A DNA stretch of 36,926 nucleotides from an uncultured Chitinophagales bacterium (GCA_964633855.1 CAZWIN010000002.1:1-36926), one strand, 5' to 3'; counted from the first letter of the stretch, positions 26,194-34,891 are shown. Notes: generated by a model from the letters alone, not told the origin. A program made the numbers and translations.

Positions 26194-26994
26194 ATGAAAC
26201 CAAGCCCGTTTCGACGCATTTGCAGCATCGTAATAATGATTGCGCTTGCGGTTCCGGCGATAGCACAGGGATTGTACTGGGAAAGCCTTACCACAAAGCC
26301 GGGCGACAAGGAGAAAGGAAAACTCTCGCAGTTCTATTATATGCCCGGAAAGTACAAGGCAACAATGGATGGCAATCAGCATGGTGCCATCATCCGCCTT
26401 GACAAGGAAGTTATGATGATGATGGACAACAAAGAAAAAAGTTATTGGGAAATGACCTTCAAGGAGATGGAGTCCATGATGAAAGGTGTAGGCTCCAAGC
26501 TCGATGCCGCCATGGAGGAAATGAACGCCCAGATGAAAGACCTTCCCGAAGATCAGCGCAAGATGGTGGAGAAAATGATGGGAGGGCGCATGCCGGGAAA
26601 GGAAGCCAGGATTGATGTCGAGAAAACCGGTGAAAGCAAAACTATCAGCGGATATAAATGCGCAAAATTTCTCCTCAAAAAGGGGGACGACGAAATGGCG
26701 ACAGTTTGGACAACGCGTGACATTTCGGATTTTGCGGTTATGAAAAAGGACATGGAGGAATTCGGCAAACGGATGGCAGCCATGATGCCCCGCGGAATGG
26801 AAGGCGCCGTTGAGAAATCGCTCAGCGCTCTTGAGGGATTTCCCATTCAAACGGAGAGGAAAGATGGCACGATCATGACGGTGACCAAGATTGAAAAGAA
26901 GTCCACGCCAGCGGGCGAATTTGAAGCACCGGCAGGCTACAAAAAACAAAAGCCCCCGATGATGGAACATATGGACAAGATGAAGGAAGAGTAG
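26194..26994 (+). CDS. secreted DUF4412-like protein, unusually methionine-rich
   Basis: ATG at 26194 preceded by AAGGAG. Signal peptide (IVIMIALAVPAIAQG). The ISGYKCAKF motif is typical of DUF4412-like proteins. By my hand count, about 31 Met occur in 266 residues. Confidence 0.7.
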   Translation: MKPSPFRRICSIVIMIALAVPAIAQGLYWESLTTKPGDKEKGKLSQFYYMPGKYKATMDGNQHGAIIRLDKEVMMMMDNKEKSYWEMTFKEMESMMKGVGSKLDAAMEEMNAQMKDLPEDQRKMVEKMMGGRMPGKEARIDVEKTGESKTISGYKCAKFLLKKGDDEMATVWTTRDISDFAVMKKDMEEFGKRMAAMMPRGMEGAVEKSLSALEGFPIQTERKDGTIMTVTKIEKKSTPAGEFEAPAGYKKQKPPMMEHMDKMKEE

Positions 26995-27062
26995 GTGGTT
27001 GTGGTCTGTCTGCAAAACACCATAGTATGATTCTTCGTCTTGGTGTGCAGCGATAACTACTC

Positions 27063-27102
27063 ATGGCGGGCGTTTTCATCGAGCCCGCCATTGTTGTTTC
27101 TC
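27063..27102 (+). terminator. rho-independent terminator after the DUF4412 gene
   Basis: Perfect 9-bp stem, ATGGCGGGC (27063-27071) with GCCCGCCAT (27083-27091), and an 11-nt loop. A T-rich tract TTGTTGTTTCT follows. Confidence 0.6.
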
Positions 27103-27158
27103 GTATGTAACTTCTCTATATTTTCCGGTTATTATAAAGACACATCAAAAAGTAAAGG

Positions 27159-29810
27159 GTGCTCAACACCTTGACGACAATACAAAAGAAGTTGCACTTA
27201 CGCCTCGCTGTTGTTCTGCAACTCTTTTCAGCTTCAATCTTCTGTCTTATGTTCCTCCTTCTTGCCGGCTGTAGCAAGGATACAACTCCGGAACAGCGAC
27301 AGGCAGACCAAACCCTTGCCAAAGCTCGGGATGCCTACGAGCGAAAGCTGTATCGTGAGAGCCGGCAGCTTCTCTGGCAGGCATTTGCTTTGGACAGCAT
27401 GCTTACCCGTCCGCGTCAAATGGCGGAAGAAACGGAGCTGCTCGGCCGTACCTACAAATACGGCGCGAAACTGGATAGCGCCCTTCTACTGTTCTCGCGG
27501 TCGGTGGAGCACTACAAGGCTGTCGCCGACAAAATAACAGCGCGTGAACTTATCCTTGAGATAGCCAGGCTTCACAAGCAGATGGGGGAACATCATCAAG
27601 CATATGAGTTTCTCGTTGAATCATTGCGTCTGGCAAAGCTGTTCAAGGAATCGGATTCCGTGAGGGAAATTCAATGGGAGCTCATGGCGACCTGTGCAGC
27701 TCTTGAGTATTCCGCTGAAGAAGCAGAGCTTCGGAACGAGCTTCTCAACGCCTATATTTCGGAACGGAATGCCAGTGGACAAGGGAAGGTTCATCTTGCA
27801 TCCGGGATCTCTGCGTTGCAGCGGGAGGAGCCGGGAAGGGCGGCGGAGAATTTTCTGAGCGCTCTGGCATTGGCAGAACAGAGCAAAGACTCATTATTAG
27901 CTATCAACGCCCTGTATCACCTCGCGGAGGCAAATTATGCTTCGGGGAAGACGCCGCAGGCATTTGAATACTATACCGAAGCACTCAAGCGTTCGGATGT
28001 GACTTCTGGCGCACAGAATGTGCGCCTCGAGATGCTTACCCGTGTAGGTAATATCTATCTGCAGAAAGGTACACTTAGCGAAGCCGCGCGTTTTTACAGG
28101 GCCGCACTTGCATCGGCGGTGACTCTGGGTAACAAGGTGTTGGAGGGGTACCTGTTTATCCAGCTGGGCCATTGTGAAACGACCGACATTGCGACGGCAG
28201 CCAGGAACTTTCAATCTTCGCTTGAATTATTTCAAGGAGTCGGATATTCGCGCGGAGCTTCGTATGCGCACCGATCGTTGGGCGCGCAGGCGGAACGCGA
28301 AAAGAAACTGAACGATGCCATACAACATTACCAGGATGCGATCACTCTTGACGAGCAGACATTCGCGCTTCCCGGCATCAATGATGTGTTTGCAGAGTGT
28401 GAAAAAGTTTCCCCTGTCGCAATGAAATCATACGATGCGCTTGTAGACCTTTTGCTGCGTCTCGGCAGGACGGAAGAGGCATTTGGTTATATCCAGCGCA
28501 GGGAAGGATGGAGTCTTTTCAGGCAACTAGTGGCGCAGCAGGTTCATGCCAGGGATACGGCCTCGAACGCACAGTTGACACTGTCCCGTAACGCGCTGGC
28601 TCTGCGGATTGGCGCAGAACGCCAACTTGAGGAAATGTTGCAAGCCGGCTCTATGGGGCAGGATTTGTACAAGGAGGCCGCGGATCAACTTGCTGCAACA
28701 AGAGCGAATCTCGATCGTGCGTCTGCAGATGCGTACCAACAACAACCTCGGATGGAACAATTACTCGGCGTTCGTGCTCTTTCTGTCGGCGAAGCACAGC
28801 GTCTGATTCCGCAAGGTACCGTGTTGGTTCTTCCGGTTCCGGCAAAGTTATCAACGTACCAGCTTGTTGTTACCCCGACGAAAATAGCAGCCCAGGTCAG
28901 TGCAATGAAAGGCCAACAAACCATCGCAATGGCTCAGGAACTCAATGCACAACTGAAGCAGAGAACAGAGCTGGAGGATTCGTCAGAAATACAAAAGAGG
29001 AAATCTGAGAGCCGTATTGACGACCTCAGTTCCAGTTTATACAGTGTGCTCATAAGGCCCATCGAAGCGGAGATTGCCGGTGCATCACGATTGCTTGTGG
29101 TTTTGCCCGAAGAGCTTGCCGGTGTTCCTCTGCACGCATTGCGTAAAGGCGTAATGCGGGCGGCAAAAGGATATGTGGCCGAACGTTTTGTAGTCCGGTA
29201 TCTTCCTGCTACCAGCGCATTGCTTTTTGAAGGAGCCCGTGAGGATGCAAAATTGCGTGTGGCAGGCTTGGGGCATTCCGGTGCCACGGACTGGGATGTT
29301 GAGTATGAGCTGCGTGATATACAAGCGTTCTTTAAAGACGCCCGGCTTCGCTTCGGGCAACAGGCAACCCTCGGTACCCTGAAGAGTGAAAGCGCAGACG
29401 TTATGCATCTTGCTCTCGAGCTGCAAGCCAATGCACGTGTTCCATCGACGGCGTCCGTTCTTTTTTCCGATGGCCAGTCTGTCAAAGGAACCCGCTCAAT
29501 ACCGTGGGGAGAACTTCTCTCGCTGCCGGCATTTCCCGCTGTTCTTGTTTCCGATCTTGGAGCGTCCGGCGCCAAACTCCACGGAAGCCTCGCGACGATA
29601 TTCCTTATGAATGGTTCCGGGAGTGTTGTGCTGAATTCCTACCCGCCGTTGCGGCGCAGCAAGAAATATTTTGGCGAGGTTTTCTATACCGCACTACTCT
29701 CCGGGGCGCCGGTGGAAGTGGCCGTACAGAAGGTGCAGCAGGAAATGATCAAGAACCGTGAATACGCATCGCCCCATATATGGGCGCCCTACTTTGTATG
29801 GGGCAAATAA
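27159..29810 (+). CDS. TPR repeat + CHAT domain lipoprotein, CHAT catalytic dyad apparently substituted
   Basis: 883 aa with a GTG start and a lipobox (FLLLAGCSKD). A long TPR-like helical region precedes a C-terminal CHAT-like domain that ends in the typical ...SPHIWAPYFVWGK. Confidence 0.85.
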   Translation: MLNTLTTIQKKLHLRLAVVLQLFSASIFCLMFLLLAGCSKDTTPEQRQADQTLAKARDAYERKLYRESRQLLWQAFALDSMLTRPRQMAEETELLGRTYKYGAKLDSALLLFSRSVEHYKAVADKITARELILEIARLHKQMGEHHQAYEFLVESLRLAKLFKESDSVREIQWELMATCAALEYSAEEAELRNELLNAYISERNASGQGKVHLASGISALQREEPGRAAENFLSALALAEQSKDSLLAINALYHLAEANYASGKTPQAFEYYTEALKRSDVTSGAQNVRLEMLTRVGNIYLQKGTLSEAARFYRAALASAVTLGNKVLEGYLFIQLGHCETTDIATAARNFQSSLELFQGVGYSRGASYAHRSLGAQAEREKKLNDAIQHYQDAITLDEQTFALPGINDVFAECEKVSPVAMKSYDALVDLLLRLGRTEEAFGYIQRREGWSLFRQLVAQQVHARDTASNAQLTLSRNALALRIGAERQLEEMLQAGSMGQDLYKEAADQLAATRANLDRASADAYQQQPRMEQLLGVRALSVGEAQRLIPQGTVLVLPVPAKLSTYQLVVTPTKIAAQVSAMKGQQTIAMAQELNAQLKQRTELEDSSEIQKRKSESRIDDLSSSLYSVLIRPIEAEIAGASRLLVVLPEELAGVPLHALRKGVMRAAKGYVAERFVVRYLPATSALLFEGAREDAKLRVAGLGHSGATDWDVEYELRDIQAFFKDARLRFGQQATLGTLKSESADVMHLALELQANARVPSTASVLFSDGQSVKGTRSIPWGELLSLPAFPAVLVSDLGASGAKLHGSLATIFLMNGSGSVVLNSYPPLRRSKKYFGEVFYTALLSGAPVEVAVQKVQQEMIKNREYASPHIWAPYFVWGK

Positions 29811-29850
29811 CAGCGTGCGGGAAAAGGAATAGCGGAGGGAAATTCAAAAA

Positions 29851-30729
29851 CTATTTTCTTCTGACCTTGACAGCGCCGAGGCCGGAACTCACGCGCAAAT
29901 TAAGTTTGCCGCGGGCGGTTGAATAGTTTTCAGTGGTGTATTCGTTTTCGGAAGTTTTTTCGAACGCTTTTTCACAATCAATGCGGGAAACCCAACTCTC
30001 ATCATAAAAGATTTTTGCACCCACCTGCTGCGGAACATAGATTGTTACGGTTCCGAGGCCCACGTCAACATCAACATCTGCTTCGTTTCGTAAAGTCCCC
30101 GAGAAATCAAGCTCATAGGCACCAACGCCGCCTTGGAACCTGAAGTGTTTGAAATTGGCATTGCCAAGATTCCTGCCGGCAAATCTGCTGACGCCAGACT
30201 CGATGTTGATATTATCAATGGATGTTCTATTGGCCTCATCGAAGGAAAGAGAAACGTCGCTTGCGCCTGCGTTCAGGTTGAAGTCTTTGATCTGCATTCC
30301 CGTCAAATCGAATACGCCTCTCCCCACGCCGAGTTCGACATCAAAAGAGATTGGTACGTTGTCGGTGAATTTGAGAACCCACTTGCCGCTTTTGAGATTG
30401 CCGACATGAACGATCTTATCTTTGCCCGAGGATTCCTGTTGTTCCTCACCGAGCAGGATATCAAGGTAGCCTATACGGTTTCTGATCGCATAATCAACAG
30501 TGATGCCCGACGGGTCCTTTTTTCCGGACATTTCCTCGGAGACAAATATTTTTTCCGATTCGCCTCGCGAGATGTACACGCTTCCGAATGATGAAGAGAG
30601 CGTCACTTTCAGTTCGCGCTCCGTTGTTCTGCCTATGCCGTTTGAATTCGGGTCGTCGGCGGGTAGGGCGTGCATCTGCACCGGGACGGCAAGCACAAGA
30701 ACGACGAGTATTTTTAGTAATGTTTTCAT
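29851..30729 (-). CDS. secreted beta-rich protein, toastrack / DUF2154-DUF4097 (LiaF C-terminal-like) type
   Basis: Start at ATG 30729 (MKTLLKILVVLVLAVPVQMHA, a signal peptide). Repeated strand motifs (GVGRGVFDLTG, NAGASDVSLSF, ESGVSRFAG, GGVGAYELDFSG, VGLGTVTIYVP, SGLGAVKVRR) are typical of toastrack-fold proteins. It lies 63 nt downstream of an ECF sigma gene. Confidence 0.6.
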   Translation of the reverse strand: MKTLLKILVVLVLAVPVQMHALPADDPNSNGIGRTTERELKVTLSSSFGSVYISRGESEKIFVSEEMSGKKDPSGITVDYAIRNRIGYLDILLGEEQQESSGKDKIVHVGNLKSGKWVLKFTDNVPISFDVELGVGRGVFDLTGMQIKDFNLNAGASDVSLSFDEANRTSIDNINIESGVSRFAGRNLGNANFKHFRFQGGVGAYELDFSGTLRNEADVDVDVGLGTVTIYVPQQVGAKIFYDESWVSRIDCEKAFEKTSENEYTTENYSTARGKLNLRVSSGLGAVKVRRK

Positions 30730-30792
30730 TGATGGAAACCGCTGCTCATAATAGTGTACGGCGTGGAGTTGCAACGGTTGCGTCCTGTGGTC

Positions 30793-31431
30793 TTAGTAAT
30801 GACGGATTTTGTCCCTTAACTGCTTGTACAGAAGTTCTCGGGCCCTAAAAATATGGGCTTTTACGGTTCCTATGGGCAATTTCAACTCTTCGGCGATCTC
30901 CTCGTAACTTTTTTCCTCAACATGGCGGAGTTGTATCACTTTCCGGTACTTTTCGGGAAGTGAACGGATCGCTCCGGCAAGTAAGACAGCGCGCTGGTCG
31001 CTGATAAGCCCGCGGTCTGTTTCATATGTTTCATCCGAAATCTCAAAGGAGTAGTCGCTGTCTTTTGATTCAATCGGCTTGTCAATGGAGAACGTCTGCA
31101 ACTTTCTTTTGCGGATGTAGTCAATGCAGTTGTTTGTGGCAATTTTATACAACCAGGTGGAAAAGGCATATTCCTCATTGAAAGTTTTTAGCGAGGCAAA
31201 TGCCTTGATAAAGGCTTCCTGGGTGAGGTCTTCCACCTGTTCCTTGTCGTGCACCATTCTGTACACAAAGCTATAGATTGCATCATGGTATTTCCGCATC
31301 AGCAGCTTGTATGCCTTGTCGTCGCCGTGGATGGCGGCATGAATAAGGCGGGTGTCTTCAGAACGCGATTCGAGTTTACGCTGCTCCGGGGTGTCTGGCG
31401 AGGGGCTATGTGGACGGGATTTCTTTTGCAT
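30793..31431 (-). CDS. ECF (group 4) sigma-70 family sigma factor
   Basis: Region 2 (YRMVHDKEQVEDLTQEAFIKAFASL...FSTWLYKIATNNCIDYIRKR) and region 4 (LPEKYRKVIQLRHVEEKSYEEIAEELKLPIGTVKAHIFRARELL). The start is set at ATG 31431 (MQKKSRP...). The ORF-track extension to 31707 reads through an intergenic repeat and is rejected. Confidence 0.85.
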   Translation of the reverse strand: MQKKSRPHSPSPDTPEQRKLESRSEDTRLIHAAIHGDDKAYKLLMRKYHDAIYSFVYRMVHDKEQVEDLTQEAFIKAFASLKTFNEEYAFSTWLYKIATNNCIDYIRKRKLQTFSIDKPIESKDSDYSFEISDETYETDRGLISDQRAVLLAGAIRSLPEKYRKVIQLRHVEEKSYEEIAEELKLPIGTVKAHIFRARELLYKQLRDKIRHY

Positions 31432-31587
31432 GGAGGTGCAAAAAAAGTTACTGAAATGCTGCCTGAGGTGCAAGCTACATTCCAACGACATGAATTCTGC
31501 GAAGGGTGATACAGCATCCGTTTGAGTTCGGACAGAATTCCGAAAGCGCGAAAGTCGTTTGAGGTAGCGCTCAAGTTTGAAACAAAT

Positions 31588-31657
31588 GTCATTGCGAGCA
31601 AAGCGAAGCAATCCCCAAATTGAAGAATTGAGACCGCTTGGCCCGCCCGTAGCGGGC
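31588..31657. repeat. short hairpin-forming intergenic repeat of the 'VIASxAKQS / LLRFARND' type plus an adjacent GC hairpin
   Basis: GTCATTGCGAGCAAAGCGAAGCAATCC (31588-31614) has an ATTGC/GCAAT stem. GCCCGC-CCGTA-GCGGGC (31641-31657) is a perfect 6-bp stem. The minus-frame translation LLRFARNDI is the hallmark of spurious peptides from a repeat family I recall as widespread in FCB-group genomes. Only one copy is present in this window. Confidence 0.45.
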
Positions 31658-31763
31658 TCGCAGTGACTAGGACGCGGGGAAAACCTTGGCACCTCCTCGG
31701 TTGACATTCGGTTGCTTCAGCAAATGAAAATCTGTATGTTCATCTCATCAATCAAGGACAGGT

Positions 31764-32396
31764 GTGTTCATCACTTTTGAAGGCCTCGACTTTTCGGGGA
31801 AAACAACACAGGCGAAACTGCTGATCGAAAGACTCGCTGTATCGGGCCGCGTTGTGCATTTCCTCCGCGAGCCGGGAGGCACGGCAATTTCTGAACGCAT
31901 CAGGGATATCTTACTTGACAAGAAATATCTCGAAATGGGCGACACCGCTGAATTGCTTTTGTTCTCGGCAAGCCGCACGCAGCTCGTTGCCGAGGTGATC
32001 GCCCCGGCGCTGAAACGGGGCGAAACCATTGTTTGTGACCGTTACTACGATTCCACCACGGCATATCAATCCTATGGACGCGGCCTCAACCTTGTGGATG
32101 TCCGGCTCATCAACAAGGTTGCAACAAACGGCATTGTGCCGGATATGACATTTCTTGTAGATATTCCGGTGGAAGAAATTGAACGACGCAAGGCAAAGGC
32201 GGGCCTTGCCTTTGACCGGATGGAGAGCTCCGGAAAGGAGTTCTACTGGCGTGTGCGCAATGGTTATCTGGAGATCGCTCGAGCGGAGCAACAACGGTTT
32301 ACGATATTAGACGGGATGCTTCCTGTTGAGGAAATTCATCGGACGATATGGGAGTCGGTGGAAAAAAGGGTTTCGATAGAACAACTTTCACGGTAG
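31764..32396 (+). CDS. tmk: thymidylate kinase (dTMP kinase)
   Basis: GTG start. FITFEGLDFSGKTTQ P-loop, DRYYDSTTAYQ motif and a LID-region arginine. Confidence 0.95.
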   Translation: MFITFEGLDFSGKTTQAKLLIERLAVSGRVVHFLREPGGTAISERIRDILLDKKYLEMGDTAELLLFSASRTQLVAEVIAPALKRGETIVCDRYYDSTTAYQSYGRGLNLVDVRLINKVATNGIVPDMTFLVDIPVEEIERRKAKAGLAFDRMESSGKEFYWRVRNGYLEIARAEQQRFTILDGMLPVEEIHRTIWESVEKRVSIEQLSR

Positions 32397-32401
32397 GAGT
32401 T

Positions 32402-34069
32402 ATGAAGAGTATGAAAAAAGGCGTAGTCTCCCGGGCGATGTTCGTCGTGGCGGGCGTTGTGTTGATGCTCGGCCTTGCAGGGTTTACCAATTCCTCGGAT
32501 GGTAACTTCTTTTTCAAAATCAACAAAAGCATTGATGTATTCGGGAGAGTGTACAAGGAGATAGCATCGAATTATGTTGACGAGGTGGATCCCGAGAAAT
32601 TCATGGCGGCCGGAATAGATGGAATGTTGGGGACGCTCGATCCCTACACAGTATATATTGAGAAGGAAGAGGGCGACGAAGTAGAGCTGCTCACAACCGG
32701 AAAATACGGTGGTATTGGCGTGACAATAGGCCAGCGTGATGGGGCAATCCAGGTGGTGACCGTGATGGATGGTTATTCCGCGCAACGGGCAGGTATCCAG
32801 CCTGGCGATAAGATCTTGGAAGTGGATGGGATGAAGATCAGCGACAAGAAGCCGGATGAGGTTCGTGCACTCACGAGGGGAGAGCCGGGGACAACAGTAA
32901 AAGTGCTCGTGGAACGCGAAGGCGAATCCGCCCCTATGTCGTTTGAGCTAGTCAGAGAAGAAATTCAAATCAAGAATGTCACCTACTCGGGGTATATCGA
33001 GCCCGGGATCGGATACATAAAGCTGGAACGTTTTTCGCGTAAAGCAGGAGAAGAAGTAAGACAATCAATTCGTGACCTGAAGTTGAAAGGTGAGCTCAAA
33101 GGATTGGTGATTGACCTGCGCGGCAATCCCGGAGGGTTGCTTGATGCAGCGGTGGACATCGTGAGCAAATTTGTCCCACGCGGCAGCCTGATCGTCAGTA
33201 CAAAAGGCCGCCGTTCAGATAGTGACAAGGAATACCGCTCTGTGGAAGAGCCGATGATTCCGGAGACACCGCTCGTGGTGTTGACGGACAGGAACAGTGC
33301 AAGCGCCAGCGAAATTGTCACCGGTGCGGTACAGGATCTCGACAGGGGTGTCATCATTGGTACGCGAACATTCGGCAAGGGGCTTGTCCAGACGATCTTG
33401 CCGCTGAGTTATGGGGCGCAACTCAAAATTACCACAGCGCGCTACTACACGCCAAGCGGAAGAAGCATTCAGGAAATTGATTATCTGCATCGCAACAGGG
33501 ATGGAGTATTCTCGGCGTATGCGGACAGCATGAAAAAGCAATTCAAAACGGCGAATGGACGTCCGGTGTATGAACATGGCGGTATTACCCCGGACTCGGC
33601 TGTCAATGAGGATGACTTCGGTCCGATGGTTCGCCAGCTCTACCGCAAATCCCTCTTCTTCAAGTTTGCCAACAGCTACGTTATTGAACATAAAGGCGCG
33701 GTAATGAATGGCGTCACGGATGAGATGATGGAGTCATTCAGGAAATTTCTCCGCGACGAAAAGTTTGACTTTCAAGAAGATACAGAAGCGAAACTTAAAG
33801 AGATGCGCGATCTCTCAGATAAGCTGCACTACAGCAAAGAATTGATAGCAGACCTCGACCGTTTGAAAGAGGACATGGAGAAAGAGAAACTACGGGGCTT
33901 TGATCGTTTCAGGGATCACATCCGGAGCGAATTGGAGGTGGAATTGATGTCGCGCATCCACGGCGAACAAGGGCGCATTGCGGCATCAATAAAAGACGAT
34001 GCGCAGGTAAACACCGGCGTTGCTGTACTCAAAAATCCGTTAGTGTACTCAAAATTAATCAAGCGCTAA
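32402..34069 (+). CDS. ctp: S41 family C-terminal processing (tail-specific) peptidase with PDZ domain
   Basis: ATG at 32402 preceded by TAGGAG. N-terminal TM/signal segment. PDZ (GIGVTIGQRDGAIQVVTVMDGYSAQRAGIQPGDKILEVDG). Catalytic region (DLRGNPGGLL, NSASASEIV, GTRTFGKGLVQ). Confidence 0.9.
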   Translation: MKSMKKGVVSRAMFVVAGVVLMLGLAGFTNSSDGNFFFKINKSIDVFGRVYKEIASNYVDEVDPEKFMAAGIDGMLGTLDPYTVYIEKEEGDEVELLTTGKYGGIGVTIGQRDGAIQVVTVMDGYSAQRAGIQPGDKILEVDGMKISDKKPDEVRALTRGEPGTTVKVLVEREGESAPMSFELVREEIQIKNVTYSGYIEPGIGYIKLERFSRKAGEEVRQSIRDLKLKGELKGLVIDLRGNPGGLLDAAVDIVSKFVPRGSLIVSTKGRRSDSDKEYRSVEEPMIPETPLVVLTDRNSASASEIVTGAVQDLDRGVIIGTRTFGKGLVQTILPLSYGAQLKITTARYYTPSGRSIQEIDYLHRNRDGVFSAYADSMKKQFKTANGRPVYEHGGITPDSAVNEDDFGPMVRQLYRKSLFFKFANSYVIEHKGAVMNGVTDEMMESFRKFLRDEKFDFQEDTEAKLKEMRDLSDKLHYSKELIADLDRLKEDMEKEKLRGFDRFRDHIRSELEVELMSRIHGEQGRIAASIKDDAQVNTGVAVLKNPLVYSKLIKR

Positions 34070-34078
34070 CCCCATCTC

Positions 34079-34891
34079 TTGGATTCGCTGAACATCATCA
34101 CTCTTCTTGTCGCCGGCGGGGTAACCGGATTTCTCGCCGGCTTCTTCGGTGTCGGAGGCGGGATCATTCTTGTCCCGATTCTTCTGTATTTCTTCATGAA
34201 CAGCATTGGCGTTTCCTCCCTGGTTGCGACGCATCTTACGTTTGGTACAAGCCTGCTGGTCGTAGTTTTTGCCTCGCTGACATCGGCCATTCAATATTCG
34301 AAAAACAACCACGTCGTGTGGAAGGCCGTTCTGTATATCGGCGTTGCAAGCATTGTCGGTGCTCTTGTTGGCTCGAAGATCGCTGCATCGCTTCAGGGGA
34401 AAGCGCTGCAACAGATTTTCGCGGCAGTGGTCACAATCGCTGCGATCCGCTTGCTGATCGAATCTCCGCGCACACCGAAAGAGGATGGCATGAATCTTTC
34501 ACCGATCGGCCTCAGCGCCATAGGTTTGGTAGTCGGGCTGGTGTCTTCGCTTGCGGGTGTTGGTGGCGGGGTGTTCTCGATTCCAATGATGTACTACTTC
34601 ATGCATTTCCCGCTGAAGAAGTCGCTCGGCACATCGAGTGCAAGCATTGTTATTACGGCATGCGCATCGATGACCGGGTATATCATCAATGGGATGAGTG
34701 ATAGTGTGATGCAACTCTACAGTGGTACGCTTGGGTACGTGGATTACCTCCACGCCATTCCCATCATTATCGGCACATTGCCGATGGCAAAGCTTGGTGC
34801 TGCGGTTGCCCATAGAACAGATGTGGATACATTGAGGAAGTATTACGCAGTGTTTCTTCTGGCAATTTCAATGAAGATGTTCTTCTTTTAA
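34079..34891 (+). CDS. TauE/SafE family sulfite/anion exporter-like membrane protein
   Basis: TTG start. 270 aa and polytopic, with a duplicated GxxGxGGG motif (GFFGVGGGIILVP and SLAGVGGGVFSIPMM). Confidence 0.85.
   Translation: MDSLNIITLLVAGGVTGFLAGFFGVGGGIILVPILLYFFMNSIGVSSLVATHLTFGTSLLVVVFASLTSAIQYSKNNHVVWKAVLYIGVASIVGALVGSKIAASLQGKALQQIFAAVVTIAAIRLLIESPRTPKEDGMNLSPIGLSAIGLVVGLVSSLAGVGGGVFSIPMMYYFMHFPLKKSLGTSSASIVITACASMTGYIINGMSDSVMQLYSGTLGYVDYLHAIPIIIGTLPMAKLGAAVAHRTDVDTLRKYYAVFLLAISMKMFFF

Noticed and set aside
26170-27015. 281-aa His-rich minus-strand ORF (HHHH, FHHG repeats) that could be mistaken for a metal-binding protein
   Set aside because: It is the reverse complement of the Met-rich DUF4412 gene, so ATG codons read as CAT (His). 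The plus-strand gene has an RBS, a signal peptide, a family motif and a terminator, and the minus ORF has none of these.
28934-29575. 213-aa minus-strand ORF, and others at 27897-29426, within the TPR-CHAT gene
   Set aside because: They are antisense to a continuous 883-aa ORF with recognisable TPR and CHAT features. The composition is Arg/Ser/Ala-rich, typical of a GC-biased antisense frame.
31432-31707. N-terminal 92 residues of the 304-aa sigma ORF (contains ...HCEPATGGPSGLNSSIWGLLRFARNDI...)
   Set aside because: This stretch is a translation of intergenic hairpin repeats. Sigma region 1.2/2 begins only after the Met at 31431.
31701-31729. TTGACA (31701-31706) with ATGAAA 17 nt downstream as a tmk promoter
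   Set aside because: The -35 hexamer is perfect but the -10 is poor, and the promoter consensus of this lineage is unknown. The evidence is too weak to report as a feature.
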